61,349 nt of DNA from a virus (taxonomy: Duplodnaviria; Caudoviricetes): the IMG/VR virus record IMGVR_UViG_3300028383_000142, positions 1-61,349 of that record; one strand, given 5' to 3'. Shown here piece after piece: positions 39,397 through 49,010 of this stretch. The notes beneath the pieces were generated by a model. That model searched no databases. It worked only from the letters and a program-made list of their open reading frames with translations, and was not told where the DNA came from. The first letter of the stretch is position 1; every line of letters begins with the position of its first letter. Position numbers and translations under genes: made by a program.

Positions 39397-40685
39397 AGTT
39401 CTGCTTCATCTCCAACGCCGTCGCGGATCAGTTCAACCGACATGGTGTACTCATAATTCTTGATGTAATGGCGGATCGCCGCGATGATGTATTTACCCGA
39501 GTTGAACTTATCAAGATCATCTTCATTCTGCCCCAGCTTGGGCATAAACCGCGAGAGTTCGTAGTTCACGGTCTTTCCAACCCCAAACGGCTGGTTTGAT
39601 TCGATCGTATATGCTACCGAGTCCATATACAGCTTGACCGTACTCATTGAGTGACGCCGAGAGTACGAGTTCAGGAGAGAAAGATCATAGTCATCGATCG
39701 TATTCAGGTTCGGGAAGTCATCGTTATATGCATACTGGTTTCGATGAAGAAACAGATTCCGGGTCGAGAACTGTTCGTTTGGTGCCGACCCGTTCACCAC
39801 ATACTGGGGAGATACCCAGTCTTTGGCAAGTGACGGGGCGAGTGATTTGTAGTCAAAGTCCAGTTTCTGGTACTCATGACTCGACGGATCGGTGATCGTG
39901 ACAGTTGACCCGAGTGTCCCCTTGTTCAGATTCCCGTACATGTCATATGCCCGTGAGATGGATTCGTCGAACACCATCCCCCGATCTTCGACCGCCATCT
40001 TCGATGCCTGTGCCCCCTTGTCGGTATTGGTCGGCTTCCGAGCCGATATCGTCATGATCGGTTCCTGTGAGTACATTCGGGCAAGCGAGTCGACCTTAAT
40101 CTCATTGGGGTAGAATGAGTCATACACAAACAGTGGGGTTTCGTCCTCGGCAAGGTTTGCTCCCCTGACCATGTCGACGGCCTGCAACGGCTTCATGTAC
40201 GGGAACACGACATTGTGCGATGTCTTGCCCGCCACCTCGGATGTGACCGATGCACCAAGTTGTTCGGTAAAGATGTCAGAAATAATCTCATCGGCCTTCC
40301 CTTTGTATGCCTTGGAGAAGAGAGAGACGGCATTCCGTGTCTGGACGACCGATGCAAGGGACAACTCATATGTCCCGACACCGTCAAGGGATCGGGCCAC
40401 GTCCTTTACCTTCGTGATATAGAACACCCGAGTAGTCTGAGTATCATCTCGCTCCCACGATACAGTGGCCCGCTCCTGTCCGATAAAAGGGAAGTCGGTG
40501 AGCATCATCGAGTTGTCGACGACGATCATCTGACCGTACACATACGGATAGTAGATCGATTCGTACAATGACAGTTCGGTGATGTTCCCCGAGATATCAT
40601 AGAACTCCGAGTCATGGGCCACGATACCCACTTCGAGTGCTCGGATTCCTTGGGGGGCTACATTCAGGAGTTTTTCTTCAGACAT
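39393..40685 (-). CDS. Baseplate hub protein (gp27-like)
   Basis: LYESIY.P..G...DN..PFIGQE; SKAY.G; SGKYIIAAIRH; adjacent to gp5. Confidence 0.65.
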   Translation of the reverse strand: MSEEKLLNVAPQGIRALEVGIVAHDSEFYDISGNITELSLYESIYYPYVYGQMIVVDNSMMLTDFPFIGQERATVSWERDDTQTTRVFYITKVKDVARSLDGVGTYELSLASVVQTRNAVSLFSKAYKGKADEIISDIFTEQLGASVTSEVAGKTSHNVVFPYMKPLQAVDMVRGANLAEDETPLFVYDSFYPNEIKVDSLARMYSQEPIMTISARKPTNTDKGAQASKMAVEDRGMVFDESISRAYDMYGNLNKGTLGSTVTITDPSSHEYQKLDFDYKSLAPSLAKDWVSPQYVVNGSAPNEQFSTRNLFLHRNQYAYNDDFPNLNTIDDYDLSLLNSYSRRHSMSTVKLYMDSVAYTIESNQPFGVGKTVNYELSRFMPKLGQNEDDLDKFNSGKYIIAAIRHYIKNYEYTMSVELIRDGVGDEAEL

Positions 40686-40690
40686 TACTA

Positions 40691-41443
40691 TTATGATCTC
40701 TGTTCTTCAGACAGACGAATTTCATCCCCAAACCGCTTGACGATATCGTAGATAAACTCAGGACGAATAACCTTGATCTGGCTCTTCTGCTCATTCAGAT
40801 CCGATTCGACATTCTGGATCGACACCTCGGTTGCCGAGGCGGCAGTAGAGGTAACCCGATTCCCGTCCGAGTCGAGGAAATGATCCGGTGCCATGTACGT
40901 CGGGATCTTGATGTTGACAGAGACTTGATCACCAGAGTCTGCGCCGACCAGTACACCGGAATCAGGAGGTGTGGAGAAAAGATCAGAGACTGACGTGGAG
41001 GTGACCGGAAGTACATGGACAAAGTTTCGGGTCGGGTACTTGCCAATGATCTGGACAACCTGATCCGAGTCATACACCCCCAACTCATCGAGCGTAAACT
41101 TCCCGACCAGTGAATCGGACTCCGAGACAATCAGTGCCGACCCCGGATACTTCTTCTGGAGGTATGCCTGTAACATCTGCGTGTCTCGCGGCATGTCGCC
41201 CCACACATTGATGATTCGTGAGTTGATCAGGGGGATGGTCCAGTAGTAGTCAACTGTCCCGTACAGGGTGTGTGAGATCGTGTCGAGCCGTTCGTCCGGT
41301 CGGACATTGTAGTAGGTATAGAACGATATATCATCGGCGATACGCGAGAAGATCGCCGTGTATGTCGACAGGTTCGTGACCTGCTTTTTCACGCGGTCAG
41401 AGAACAGGTAATCGCGCTTGTCGAATTGCGTGAAGTATGTCAT
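40691..41443 (-). CDS. gp53: Baseplate wedge subunit gp53
   Basis: MTYFTQF; Y.VRPDERLDTISHTLYG...YYW (LysM-like); NEQKSQIKVIRPE. Confidence 0.8.
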   Translation of the reverse strand: MTYFTQFDKRDYLFSDRVKKQVTNLSTYTAIFSRIADDISFYTYYNVRPDERLDTISHTLYGTVDYYWTIPLINSRIINVWGDMPRDTQMLQAYLQKKYPGSALIVSESDSLVGKFTLDELGVYDSDQVVQIIGKYPTRNFVHVLPVTSTSVSDLFSTPPDSGVLVGADSGDQVSVNIKIPTYMAPDHFLDSDGNRVTSTAASATEVSIQNVESDLNEQKSQIKVIRPEFIYDIVKRFGDEIRLSEEQRS

Positions 41444-41450
41444 ATCAGTA

Positions 41451-42200
41451 TCAGTATCCTGCCTCGACCAGTTCACGGGAAATCGGTCGCAGTTCAGTGA
41501 ACGTCAGGTCAAGCGTCGTCTCGACCGGCGCATTGTTCACCTGAAAAAACGACGATGAATTGGGGTTATAGGTTACATTGATCGATGTACACGCCACTTC
41601 GGGCATCCGGATGATTGATTCGTTTACCTGTTTATACTGAATCGTAAACGTGTCGGGGAACACAAAGTCCAGACCACCCGAGTGCTGGCGCGGGTACGCT
41701 GCCGTACGAAAGAACTTGATGATATCGGGAAGTGCGTACGCTTCATTAAACGACTGGGGAATGAACTGAAACGAAAAGGAGAACTCTCGAATCCCCGGTG
41801 ACTTGAACAGCATAAACTCACGAGGGTTGGTGACCAGACCCCGTGACCGATCGTACAGAGCACGACCCCCTTCACCACCAAGAAGGTTGGTGAGCGATCG
41901 CCCCGCCTTACCAAGACCAGTCTGAGCAACCTGCAACACATCATCGGGCGTCACGTCAGATGTACGAGACATGTTGTTGATCACACCACCGACCAGACCA
42001 CCTTCGTACGTATCATAGTTGAGTGAGTCATTGATCGAGTGATTGGTCGGAAAGTACAGGGCGACTGAATCACCGAGTTTCTGCTGGGCAATTGCCGCAG
42101 TCGAACGCACTCGACTCTTGTACTGTGGCCGCTGTGTCGTAAACAGGAGCCATGGTGTCTCGAATGCATCGATGTCAGCGGGATATCTGTACTGTGCCAT
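41451..42200 (-). CDS. gp48: Baseplate tail-tube cap gp48-like
   Basis: YRYP; LYFP; NPREFMLFKSP..REFSFSF.F.P; P.ETTL.LTF.E. Confidence 0.75.
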   Translation of the reverse strand: MAQYRYPADIDAFETPWLLFTTQRPQYKSRVRSTAAIAQQKLGDSVALYFPTNHSINDSLNYDTYEGGLVGGVINNMSRTSDVTPDDVLQVAQTGLGKAGRSLTNLLGGEGGRALYDRSRGLVTNPREFMLFKSPGIREFSFSFQFIPQSFNEAYALPDIIKFFRTAAYPRQHSGGLDFVFPDTFTIQYKQVNESIIRMPEVACTSINVTYNPNSSSFFQVNNAPVETTLDLTFTELRPISRELVEAGY

Positions 42201-42208
42201 GTCTGCTC

Positions 42209-42252
42209 TATAAATAGTAGGGTTACTGGTCGTTATACTAACCTTATTTATA
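42209..42252. promoter_or_regulatory. Pair of opposed late promoters: TATAAATA + (42209-42216, for gp4) and - (42245-42252, for gp48)
   Basis: Read directly in the divergent intergenic region. Confidence 0.75.
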
Positions 42253-42704
42253 TGCCAACATACAAAGGAAAATACAAAGTCAAGAACCGAGATAAGTATG
42301 TCGGGGATGTTGACAATGTTGTGTACCGATCACTGTGGGAGCGGAATGCTTTTCGATGGCTGGAGTCCAACTCAAATATCAAGGCTTGGGCTGCTGAAGA
42401 GGTAGTGGTGCCTTACCTGTGTGAGACAGATGGAAAAATACATCGGTACTTCCTAGACCTTTGGTTCAAGACCTCGGATGGTGAGACATACATCATCGAG
42501 ATCAAGCCCAAAAAAGAGACCGTACCACCCAAGAAACCCAAGCGGGGGGGCCGACAGCGACATCTGTCCGAGTCACTCACATACGTGAAGAATCAATCTA
42601 AGTGGAAAGCTGCACACCAGTTTGCTCAATCAAAAGGATGGCACTTCCAGATATGGACCGAGGACACTCTTCGTGAACTGGGGATCAAGATTCTCAAAGG
42701 GTGA
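42252..42704 (+). CDS. gp4: Head completion nuclease gp4 (TnsA-like endonuclease fold)
   Basis: YKGKY..KY.GD..VYRSLWER; HRYF.D; EIKP; NQSKWKAA; F.IWTE. Confidence 0.92.
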   Translation: MPTYKGKYKVKNRDKYVGDVDNVVYRSLWERNAFRWLESNSNIKAWAAEEVVVPYLCETDGKIHRYFLDLWFKTSDGETYIIEIKPKKETVPPKKPKRGGRQRHLSESLTYVKNQSKWKAAHQFAQSKGWHFQIWTEDTLRELGIKILKG

Positions 42705-42803
42705 GCCACTGGGCACTCGACTAAATACACCTGTATGGAATTATTTATCGGATGATCCATCAATGCGATGAGGGGGTATTCACCCCCCTGAGCGGCTGAA
42801 TAC

Positions 42804-42832
42804 ATTATACACGACAAAACAGAGTTTGTCAA
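42804..42832 (-). promoter_or_regulatory. Consensus sigma70 promoter TTGACA-N17-TATAAT, antisense to gp4
   Basis: -35 at 42827-42832, -10 at 42804-42809, 17-nt spacer. Confidence 0.8.
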
Positions 42833-42851
42833 GTAGGAATTTAAGAGATCT

Positions 42852-43448
42852 ATGGCAGAACAAGAATCATCACTGTTTACGCAGCTACAGGCAGCGGCTT
42901 TTCGCGAGGGTCTGAGGCCGCACAGTAAGAAGGCGCGTAACTGGTTTCGCAAGAAGGCTCAGGATCTTGGTCGGATCAACAAACTGGATCTGATTGCCGA
43001 CAAACGTCTTACACAACTTGATCGTCCGGCCCCCGGACAGATGTTCCTGTTTACATACGATCCTAAGACCAAAAAGCAGCTCCCGTACTATGACACATTT
43101 CCACTCATCCTGATGGTCGACTATACCGACACGGGATTCTATGGCCTGAACCTCCATTATCTGCCTCCGGCACCGAGGGCCAAACTCTTTGATGCGCTCC
43201 TCCAGACGGCAAACAACAAACGGTTCGATGACTCGACCAAACTGAAAATCAACTACCAGATCCTCAAGTCGACCGAGAAGTACAAGGCATTTCGCCCATG
43301 CTTTAAGCAGTACCTGTCCGGGAAGGTCAAGTCCAAGATCGTGCGGGTTGATGCCCCTGAGTGGCCAATTGCCATGTTCCTCCCGACCGAGTCGTTCAAG
43401 AAGGCGTCGACCGAACAGGTGTGGCGCGAGTCAAGGAAAATGCTATGA
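42852..43448 (+). CDS. gp2: DNA end protector protein gp2
   Basis: F.YDPKTK..LPYYDTFPL; GLNLHYL; PCFKQYL; LPTESF. Confidence 0.92.
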   Translation: MAEQESSLFTQLQAAAFREGLRPHSKKARNWFRKKAQDLGRINKLDLIADKRLTQLDRPAPGQMFLFTYDPKTKKQLPYYDTFPLILMVDYTDTGFYGLNLHYLPPAPRAKLFDALLQTANNKRFDDSTKLKINYQILKSTEKYKAFRPCFKQYLSGKVKSKIVRVDAPEWPIAMFLPTESFKKASTEQVWRESRKML

Positions 43449-43969
43449 CCGCTAAGATCGACGACTTCAAGGCAGCATTCGAGACAGGGTTTGCCCGACC
43501 TAATCGGTACAAGGTCATCATGCCAAGAAACCCGGCAGGGGTTGGTGATTCATACCGCCTGAACATTATGTGCGACTCGGTCACGATGCCGGGACGCCAG
43601 ATCTTTACTCAGGATATATCCAAGACCCTCAAGACCAACAAAGTAGCGTATACGTTTGACTCACGGGACGTGGCCATATCGTTTTTTCTGGATAATGACT
43701 GGTACCCATGGGAGTACATAAATAGTTGGCACAGTAGCATAATCCCGAACGTCGAGGGTTCTCGGAATTTTGCCGTCGGGTTCAAAGACGACTATACCGG
43801 GCAGATTGAAATTGAGCATCTCGATCAGGAGAACAAGATAACTAATGCGATTGTCCTGAAAGAGGCATTCCCGACTACATTATCAGCGATTGATCTGGGG
43901 AATGGAGAGTCAGGCGAAGTGGTGCGAATTGAAGCGACATTTACATACGATAACTGGGAGATACGATAA
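43445..43969 (+). CDS. Tail-tube-like protein / baseplate tail-tube initiator (gp54-like)
   Basis: GFARPNRY..C.SVTMPGR; L.EAFP..L; start moved to ATG 43445 (ATGA overlap). Confidence 0.75.
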   Translation: MTAKIDDFKAAFETGFARPNRYKVIMPRNPAGVGDSYRLNIMCDSVTMPGRQIFTQDISKTLKTNKVAYTFDSRDVAISFFLDNDWYPWEYINSWHSSIIPNVEGSRNFAVGFKDDYTGQIEIEHLDQENKITNAIVLKEAFPTTLSAIDLGNGESGEVVRIEATFTYDNWEIR

Positions 43970-43971
43970 TC

Positions 43972-44691
43972 ATGGCCCTACCAAAAATTGAAACACCGAA
44001 GTACGAACTTACGATTCCTTCGACATCCGAGAAGGTGACGTACCGCCCGTATCTTGTCAAGGAAGAGAAGGTACTGATGATGGCGATGGAGTCAGATGAC
44101 AATCAGCAGATGGCTCGGGCACTCAAGGAAGTGGTCGTTGCGTGTGTCGACTTCCCTCCGAATGGATCGGGTGTCGATGATCTGGCGATGTTTGACTTGG
44201 AGTATATCTTCTCGCAGCTACGCGCCAAGTCGGTCGGCGAGACTACCGAGGTGGGCATGACCTGCGAGTCATGCGAAAAGAAAAACGATGTCGAGATCAA
44301 TCTTGAGAACGTGTATGTCACGTCAGAAGATGTCAAGAGTCAGAACATTCAGATCACCGATACGATCGGCGTGACGATGAGATATCCGTCGGTCGACGCC
44401 GTGTTGAAGACACAGGGTAACGGTGATTCAAAGCAGCTTGATCAGGTGTTCTCCCTGATCATTTCGTGCATCGATTCAATTTATGCGGGCGACGAAGTGT
44501 ACGATGCCCGCCAGCAGGAACAATCCGAACTGAATGAGTTTGTCGAGTCCCTGAACTCTGAACAGTTCTCTCGCATTCAGGGGTTCATCGAGAAGATGCC
44601 ACAGGCATCACTTGACATATCGTTCAAGTGTGTATCGTGTGGTCACGACAATCAGTACACACTACGTGGTCTTGCCAATTTTTTCGGGTAG
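43972..44691 (+). CDS. gp26: Baseplate hub assembly protein gp26
   Basis: MALPKI.TP.YEL.IPS..YRPYLVKEEK; FD.EYIF..LRAKSVGE; CxxC pairs; ends GLANFFG. Confidence 0.9.
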   Translation: MALPKIETPKYELTIPSTSEKVTYRPYLVKEEKVLMMAMESDDNQQMARALKEVVVACVDFPPNGSGVDDLAMFDLEYIFSQLRAKSVGETTEVGMTCESCEKKNDVEINLENVYVTSEDVKSQNIQITDTIGVTMRYPSVDAVLKTQGNGDSKQLDQVFSLIISCIDSIYAGDEVYDARQQEQSELNEFVESLNSEQFSRIQGFIEKMPQASLDISFKCVSCGHDNQYTLRGLANFFG

Positions 44692-44738
44692 CCCTTTCCC
44701 ATGATACGTTGGTCAACCATTATAAGGTCAACTTCACG

Positions 44739-44876
44739 ATGATGCAGCATCACAATTACTCTCTCACAGAACTGGAAGAGATGATGCCATGGGAAAGGGA
44801 GGTATACATTTCCTTGCTGGCCGAGCATATCCGCAAGGAAAACGAACAGGTTCGATCCCAGAAAAGTAGGATGTAA
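44739..44876 (+). CDS. gp51: Baseplate hub assembly catalyst gp51 (possibly expressed as a -1 frameshift fusion to gp26)
   Basis: MMQHHNYSLTELEEMMPWEREVY; frame is open upstream past the slippery site at 44679. Confidence 0.85.
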   Translation: MMQHHNYSLTELEEMMPWEREVYISLLAEHIRKENEQVRSQKSRM

Positions 44877-47800
44877 TGAACGAAGAGAATCTTCAAGAAG
44901 TCGTCGAGACACTCAAAAAGCAGAACACACCTGCCGATCCGCGCATAAAAATTGCACGGGAGAATAAGCAGATTCAGGAAGAGTCTCTCGAAAACCAGAT
45001 CAGTCAGATCGATATCCTTCAGGGAATCAGCAATCAGTTGTCGATGATTCATGACATTATGACAGACCGATTTGGTGATATGGTCGGCTCCTTGGAGAGA
45101 AATCGTCTACAGGAACTGGAGAACAAGCAAGAAGAGCGTCGGAGAAACGAAAAACTGACCAAGGCGCTTACGGGTATCAACCAGTCGCTCGATGAAGGTG
45201 AGGGTAACTACTTTAAGGATCTGGCCGAAAAGGTCGGCGATCTCCTGAGTCCTGTGCTTGACATTCTCAGAACTGTTGTTGCCATTCCGGCCTTCACTGC
45301 AATTGCAATCACGAACTTTGGAATTGGTTTTAATGCAGGTATGGCTCGGCTGGTCACGTTTGGAAGTACACTTGCCGAACGGATCAATGCACTCGCGACT
45401 CGGATTCGGACGCTTTTCTCATTTATCTCGCGCCAGTTCCTGATCCTGTTCCCACAGGTCGAAGTGTACTTTGATTCGATTCGATTCTTCCTGACAGACC
45501 AGATTCGATCGATCCGTATGTTCATGTCCCGGACATTTGGAGGGATCGGTAAATCGGTCTCAGACATGGGCCGGACAGTACGAGCGGTGGTCACGAACGT
45601 CTTCTCTACCGTGACCCGAGTATTCCAGTCCATCCGAACAACCGTATCGACGATCTTCCAAACCTTTCGGAGACTGCTGACCCCGGTCACAGCACTTGTC
45701 CGATCAACCGGGAGTGTCATTGGCGGGTTCTTTTCCCGGCTCCGGGAGTTGTACCTTCGGTTCGGCCAGATCATCGGTGTGTTTGACGAAGCAGGACGCC
45801 TTGTCGGTCTGGTCGGCAAAATAGCAAATACAATTGCATCTGCCGCAAGGACACTCGGGAAGTTTGTGCCGTTCCTGAATGTGATCATCGGTGCCTTCTT
45901 TGCCGTGACAGGATTCCTCAAAGGGTTTGAAGGTGACAAGAGTCTGATCGGTCGTCTTCAAGGCGCTCTTAATTCCCTGTGGGAGGGGTTCTTTGGGTCG
46001 ATCATCAACCTGATCGGATCGGCAGTCAACTCTGTCCTCTCCTTTTTTGGGTTGGATGTTCTGGGGGACACGATCCAGAACATTGCCTCGACTCTCACTA
46101 CATCGATTAGTGACTCGCTTGTCGGGGCCATCGACCTTGTCGCCGGTATCTTTACGCTCGATATCTCGCGGATCGCCGAAGGGCTGATGTCTTTGGGGAG
46201 AGGTATCTTGTCTCTCTTGATGACGCCCATTGATCTGATCTGGGGATTGATCAAACAGGTCATGTCATTCTTTGGCGTGAATATCGACATGTCGGTATTT
46301 GATCTGATCAAGGCCGGGGTGAATGCCCTCCTTGCCCCATTTAAGTTGATCGGCAACGCAGTGATGGGTGTTGTCGGAACGGTAATGAGTCTCCTTGACC
46401 CAATCTTCTCGGTCATTGGGTCGCTGGTCGATGCAGTCAGCCGAGCCGGTCAATGGGTCAACGAAAAGGTCGACAAGTATCTTGGGTGGATACCGGGTAT
46501 TGGATCGTCGAGAGATGAACGACAGGCCGAAGAGGCCGAAGCACTTCGGAACGAACGACAGGCATCTGACTATCTTCGCCAGATCCAGAATGCCGGTGCC
46601 GTTGGTCGTGATCAGCAGGGCGCACTCCTGACGGGGACATCAACCCGAAACGGTGTACTCGACGTTCCTGCATCAGAGCAACTGATTCGTGAGCGTGGTG
46701 GAACAGTCCTGTCTCAGGAGGCTCGTGAGCAGGAAGAGCAGTATGCTCAGGAAGTGGTGCGCGAGCGGCGTCGGCGAATCGAAGAACTTCGCGCACAGGA
46801 AGCCGAACGGGTCAAATTCTCGGATGTTGTCTCGACGTTCTCATCAACGGTCGACTCGATCGTCAAGGCACCGGTCAACTTCTTTAACAATGCCAAGGAC
46901 TGGGTGTCCGATAACATCAACTTCTCTGAGACGATCAGGAATTTTTCTCTCGCGAATGTTATCACGGCAATGTCGATGGCACCGGTTACACTGATCCAGA
47001 ACGCCAAAGACTGGGTGATCTCGAAGTTGGGGTTTGATCCCGAACAAATGCCTACTGTAGCAGACATTGTAGGTAACCTGATCTCCACTCCTGTCCAGAC
47101 AATCAAGGACGTGACTGGTTGGGTGATCTCGAAGTTTGGATTCTCTGAGGAGGACGGATCGGCACTTCCACTCTCAGGGTTAATATCCAATCTGATCGCA
47201 GCCCCGTACGATATGGTACTTTCTGCCGGTTCATGGATCCTGTCTAAACTTGGATTTGATTCGGCATCAGAATTCCTTGATGGTCTGTCGGTCAAAAGTC
47301 TTGTCTCTTCGATCGTCGACTCGGTATGGGGTCTGTTCATCACAGCAAAAGACACGATCATGGATCTGTTCTCGGGAGTGTCAATCACCGGTACGATTGG
47401 TGCAGTGGTTGATATCGGAAAACAATTTATGAAGTCTATGCTCCGGATGATCCTCCCCGATCCGGGATCGGATTACGGGGTTTTTGATCCTCGGAGGTAC
47501 ATCAGCGCGGCCATCCCCGACAAAATCTATGAGTTTGCTGGATTGGACCCCAAGACCGGTGAAGTAATACCGTCTCAGCGGGTCGGAGAGGTCGCTGACG
47601 CGGCGAATATCAATATCCAGAGGGGTACCCCGTCTACGGCATCAAGTGCGCTTCAGAGAGAGGCTGCGGAGCGAGCAGAGACCGAAGCTGCTGTTCGGTC
47701 TACTAACATGGGCGCTGCTGGCACTGCGGGTGCAGGCGGATCTGGATCGACAGTCAACTCTACGCAGATCCAGCAGACCAACAACAATATGACGAAAGTG

Positions 47801-47884
47801 ACACCTCGACCCCCGGCGTTCGAGGAACCTGATAATGCGGCTGATACCCAGATGGCAAAGGGTCGGTTTTCGTACGGACCATAA
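44876..47884 (+). CDS. Tape measure / tail length determinant (gp29-like)
   Basis: 1002 aa, helical with hydrophobic stretches and Trp repeats (KDWVISKLGF, GWVISKFGF, SWILSKLGF); follows gp26/gp51. Confidence 0.75.
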   Translation: MNEENLQEVVETLKKQNTPADPRIKIARENKQIQEESLENQISQIDILQGISNQLSMIHDIMTDRFGDMVGSLERNRLQELENKQEERRRNEKLTKALTGINQSLDEGEGNYFKDLAEKVGDLLSPVLDILRTVVAIPAFTAIAITNFGIGFNAGMARLVTFGSTLAERINALATRIRTLFSFISRQFLILFPQVEVYFDSIRFFLTDQIRSIRMFMSRTFGGIGKSVSDMGRTVRAVVTNVFSTVTRVFQSIRTTVSTIFQTFRRLLTPVTALVRSTGSVIGGFFSRLRELYLRFGQIIGVFDEAGRLVGLVGKIANTIASAARTLGKFVPFLNVIIGAFFAVTGFLKGFEGDKSLIGRLQGALNSLWEGFFGSIINLIGSAVNSVLSFFGLDVLGDTIQNIASTLTTSISDSLVGAIDLVAGIFTLDISRIAEGLMSLGRGILSLLMTPIDLIWGLIKQVMSFFGVNIDMSVFDLIKAGVNALLAPFKLIGNAVMGVVGTVMSLLDPIFSVIGSLVDAVSRAGQWVNEKVDKYLGWIPGIGSSRDERQAEEAEALRNERQASDYLRQIQNAGAVGRDQQGALLTGTSTRNGVLDVPASEQLIRERGGTVLSQEAREQEEQYAQEVVRERRRRIEELRAQEAERVKFSDVVSTFSSTVDSIVKAPVNFFNNAKDWVSDNINFSETIRNFSLANVITAMSMAPVTLIQNAKDWVISKLGFDPEQMPTVADIVGNLISTPVQTIKDVTGWVISKFGFSEEDGSALPLSGLISNLIAAPYDMVLSAGSWILSKLGFDSASEFLDGLSVKSLVSSIVDSVWGLFITAKDTIMDLFSGVSITGTIGAVVDIGKQFMKSMLRMILPDPGSDYGVFDPRRYISAAIPDKIYEFAGLDPKTGEVIPSQRVGEVADAANINIQRGTPSTASSALQREAAERAETEAAVRSTNMGAAGTAGAGGSGSTVNSTQIQQTNNNMTKVTPRPPAFEEPDNAADTQMAKGRFSYGP

Positions 47885-47891
47885 AATAAAA

Positions 47892-47914
47892 GGCCCCACC
47901 ATTGCAGTGGGGCC
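47892..47914. terminator. Rho-independent terminator between convergent genes
   Basis: GGCCCCAC-CATTGCA-GTGGGGCC with A-run on the left and T-rich sequence on the right. Confidence 0.8.
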
Positions 47915-47968
47915 AATCTTTCTTCTTATCAGTTATTATTGTTGTTATTGCGCGGCGGGAATATCAGA

Positions 47969-48916
47969 TTACTCCTGAGACGCAAGGCGGGCAAAGTAAC
48001 TGAGGGTATCGTCCTCACTGTCATTATCATCATCACTGCCCTTGGCTGGATCAGCCGCCTCTTCCTGATCGGTGAACATGCCACCCGACTCCTTACCCGG
48101 CGAAGGGGCCGCAGCCTCCCGCATCGGTGCCGGTTCCATCGGCTCGTTCATCTCACCTGAATCAGACGGCTCGGGGTTCCCCGAATCCAGCCCAAGGACC
48201 AGATCAAGACGCTGCTTCAACTGCTCGTATGACTTGTACTGCTTAGGATCAACAAACTCATACAGCGGGTAGATCTTGCCCGCCACCTCTTCGAGTTCAT
48301 CGTCATCGCCACCAAGGAGCGGAGACGGGAGTTTGAACTCCGACTTGTCGTAGTTGCGGTACCCCTCGACATTACGGATCTTGAGTTTGAAGTCTGCGCC
48401 CTCGAACACATCGAACGGATTGACCGGCTCCTCGTCCTGAAACTCTGGCTTCATCATATCCATGATCTTGTCGAAGATCTTCTTGCCGTACTGGTACAGG
48501 AAAACCTTCCCCTCGTTCTCGGGATTCGCCGGGTCAGAAACCACATAGATGTTCGAGACATAGTGGAGGCGACGCTTCCGCTGCCGTACAAGCTGCTTAT
48601 CCTCATCAAGCCCCGAGTTCCATAGCTTGGAGTTCATTTCTCCAAGCGGGTCCTGCTGACCAATCGAGGTAAGGGACTTCTCGATGTACCACTTACCTGT
48701 CGGCCCCTTGAATCCATGATCCCAGTAACGAACCCACGGAACATCCTCGCCCTCGACAGGCGGGAGGAACCGAATCACGGCGTACCCGTTACCCGACTTA
48801 TCAACCGTCGGCTTCCAGAACCGATCGTCCTTATACGACTTTTTCTCACCCGAGTTGCCATTCAGTTCCTCGGCTTTCTGCGCCAAATTGTCGATCGACA
48901 TTTTCTTAAACGCCAT
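47969..48916 (-). CDS. gp32: Single-stranded DNA-binding protein gp32
   Basis: DDRFWKPTVDKSGNGYAVIRFLP; HGFKGPTGKWYIE; YGKKIFDKI; GYRNYDKSEF; acidic tail ending SYFARLA; RBS CAGGAG. Confidence 0.95.
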   Translation of the reverse strand: MAFKKMSIDNLAQKAEELNGNSGEKKSYKDDRFWKPTVDKSGNGYAVIRFLPPVEGEDVPWVRYWDHGFKGPTGKWYIEKSLTSIGQQDPLGEMNSKLWNSGLDEDKQLVRQRKRRLHYVSNIYVVSDPANPENEGKVFLYQYGKKIFDKIMDMMKPEFQDEEPVNPFDVFEGADFKLKIRNVEGYRNYDKSEFKLPSPLLGGDDDELEEVAGKIYPLYEFVDPKQYKSYEQLKQRLDLVLGLDSGNPEPSDSGEMNEPMEPAPMREAAAPSPGKESGGMFTDQEEAADPAKGSDDDNDSEDDTLSYFARLASQE

Positions 48917-48993
48917 ATGTATATCTCCTGTGTATATCAGCGTATGTGTATCTGTATTGTCCAAAACTGTCATCATCTAACGTCGTATTTATA
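48917..48993 (-). promoter_or_regulatory. gp32 leader: TATAAATA (48986-48993) followed by an ATAC-repeat unstructured tract
   Basis: AATACAG ATACAC ATACGC TGATATACAC AGGAG ATATACAT ATG. Confidence 0.55.
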
Positions 48994-49010
48994 GTGTCAT
49001 CAACACCTCC

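Noticed and set aside
45208-47388. Long antisense ORFs (45208..45939, 46747..47388; likewise 6239..6982, 5364..5957 and others)
   Set aside because: These are shadow frames of real genes caused by codon bias, with no motifs or RBS.
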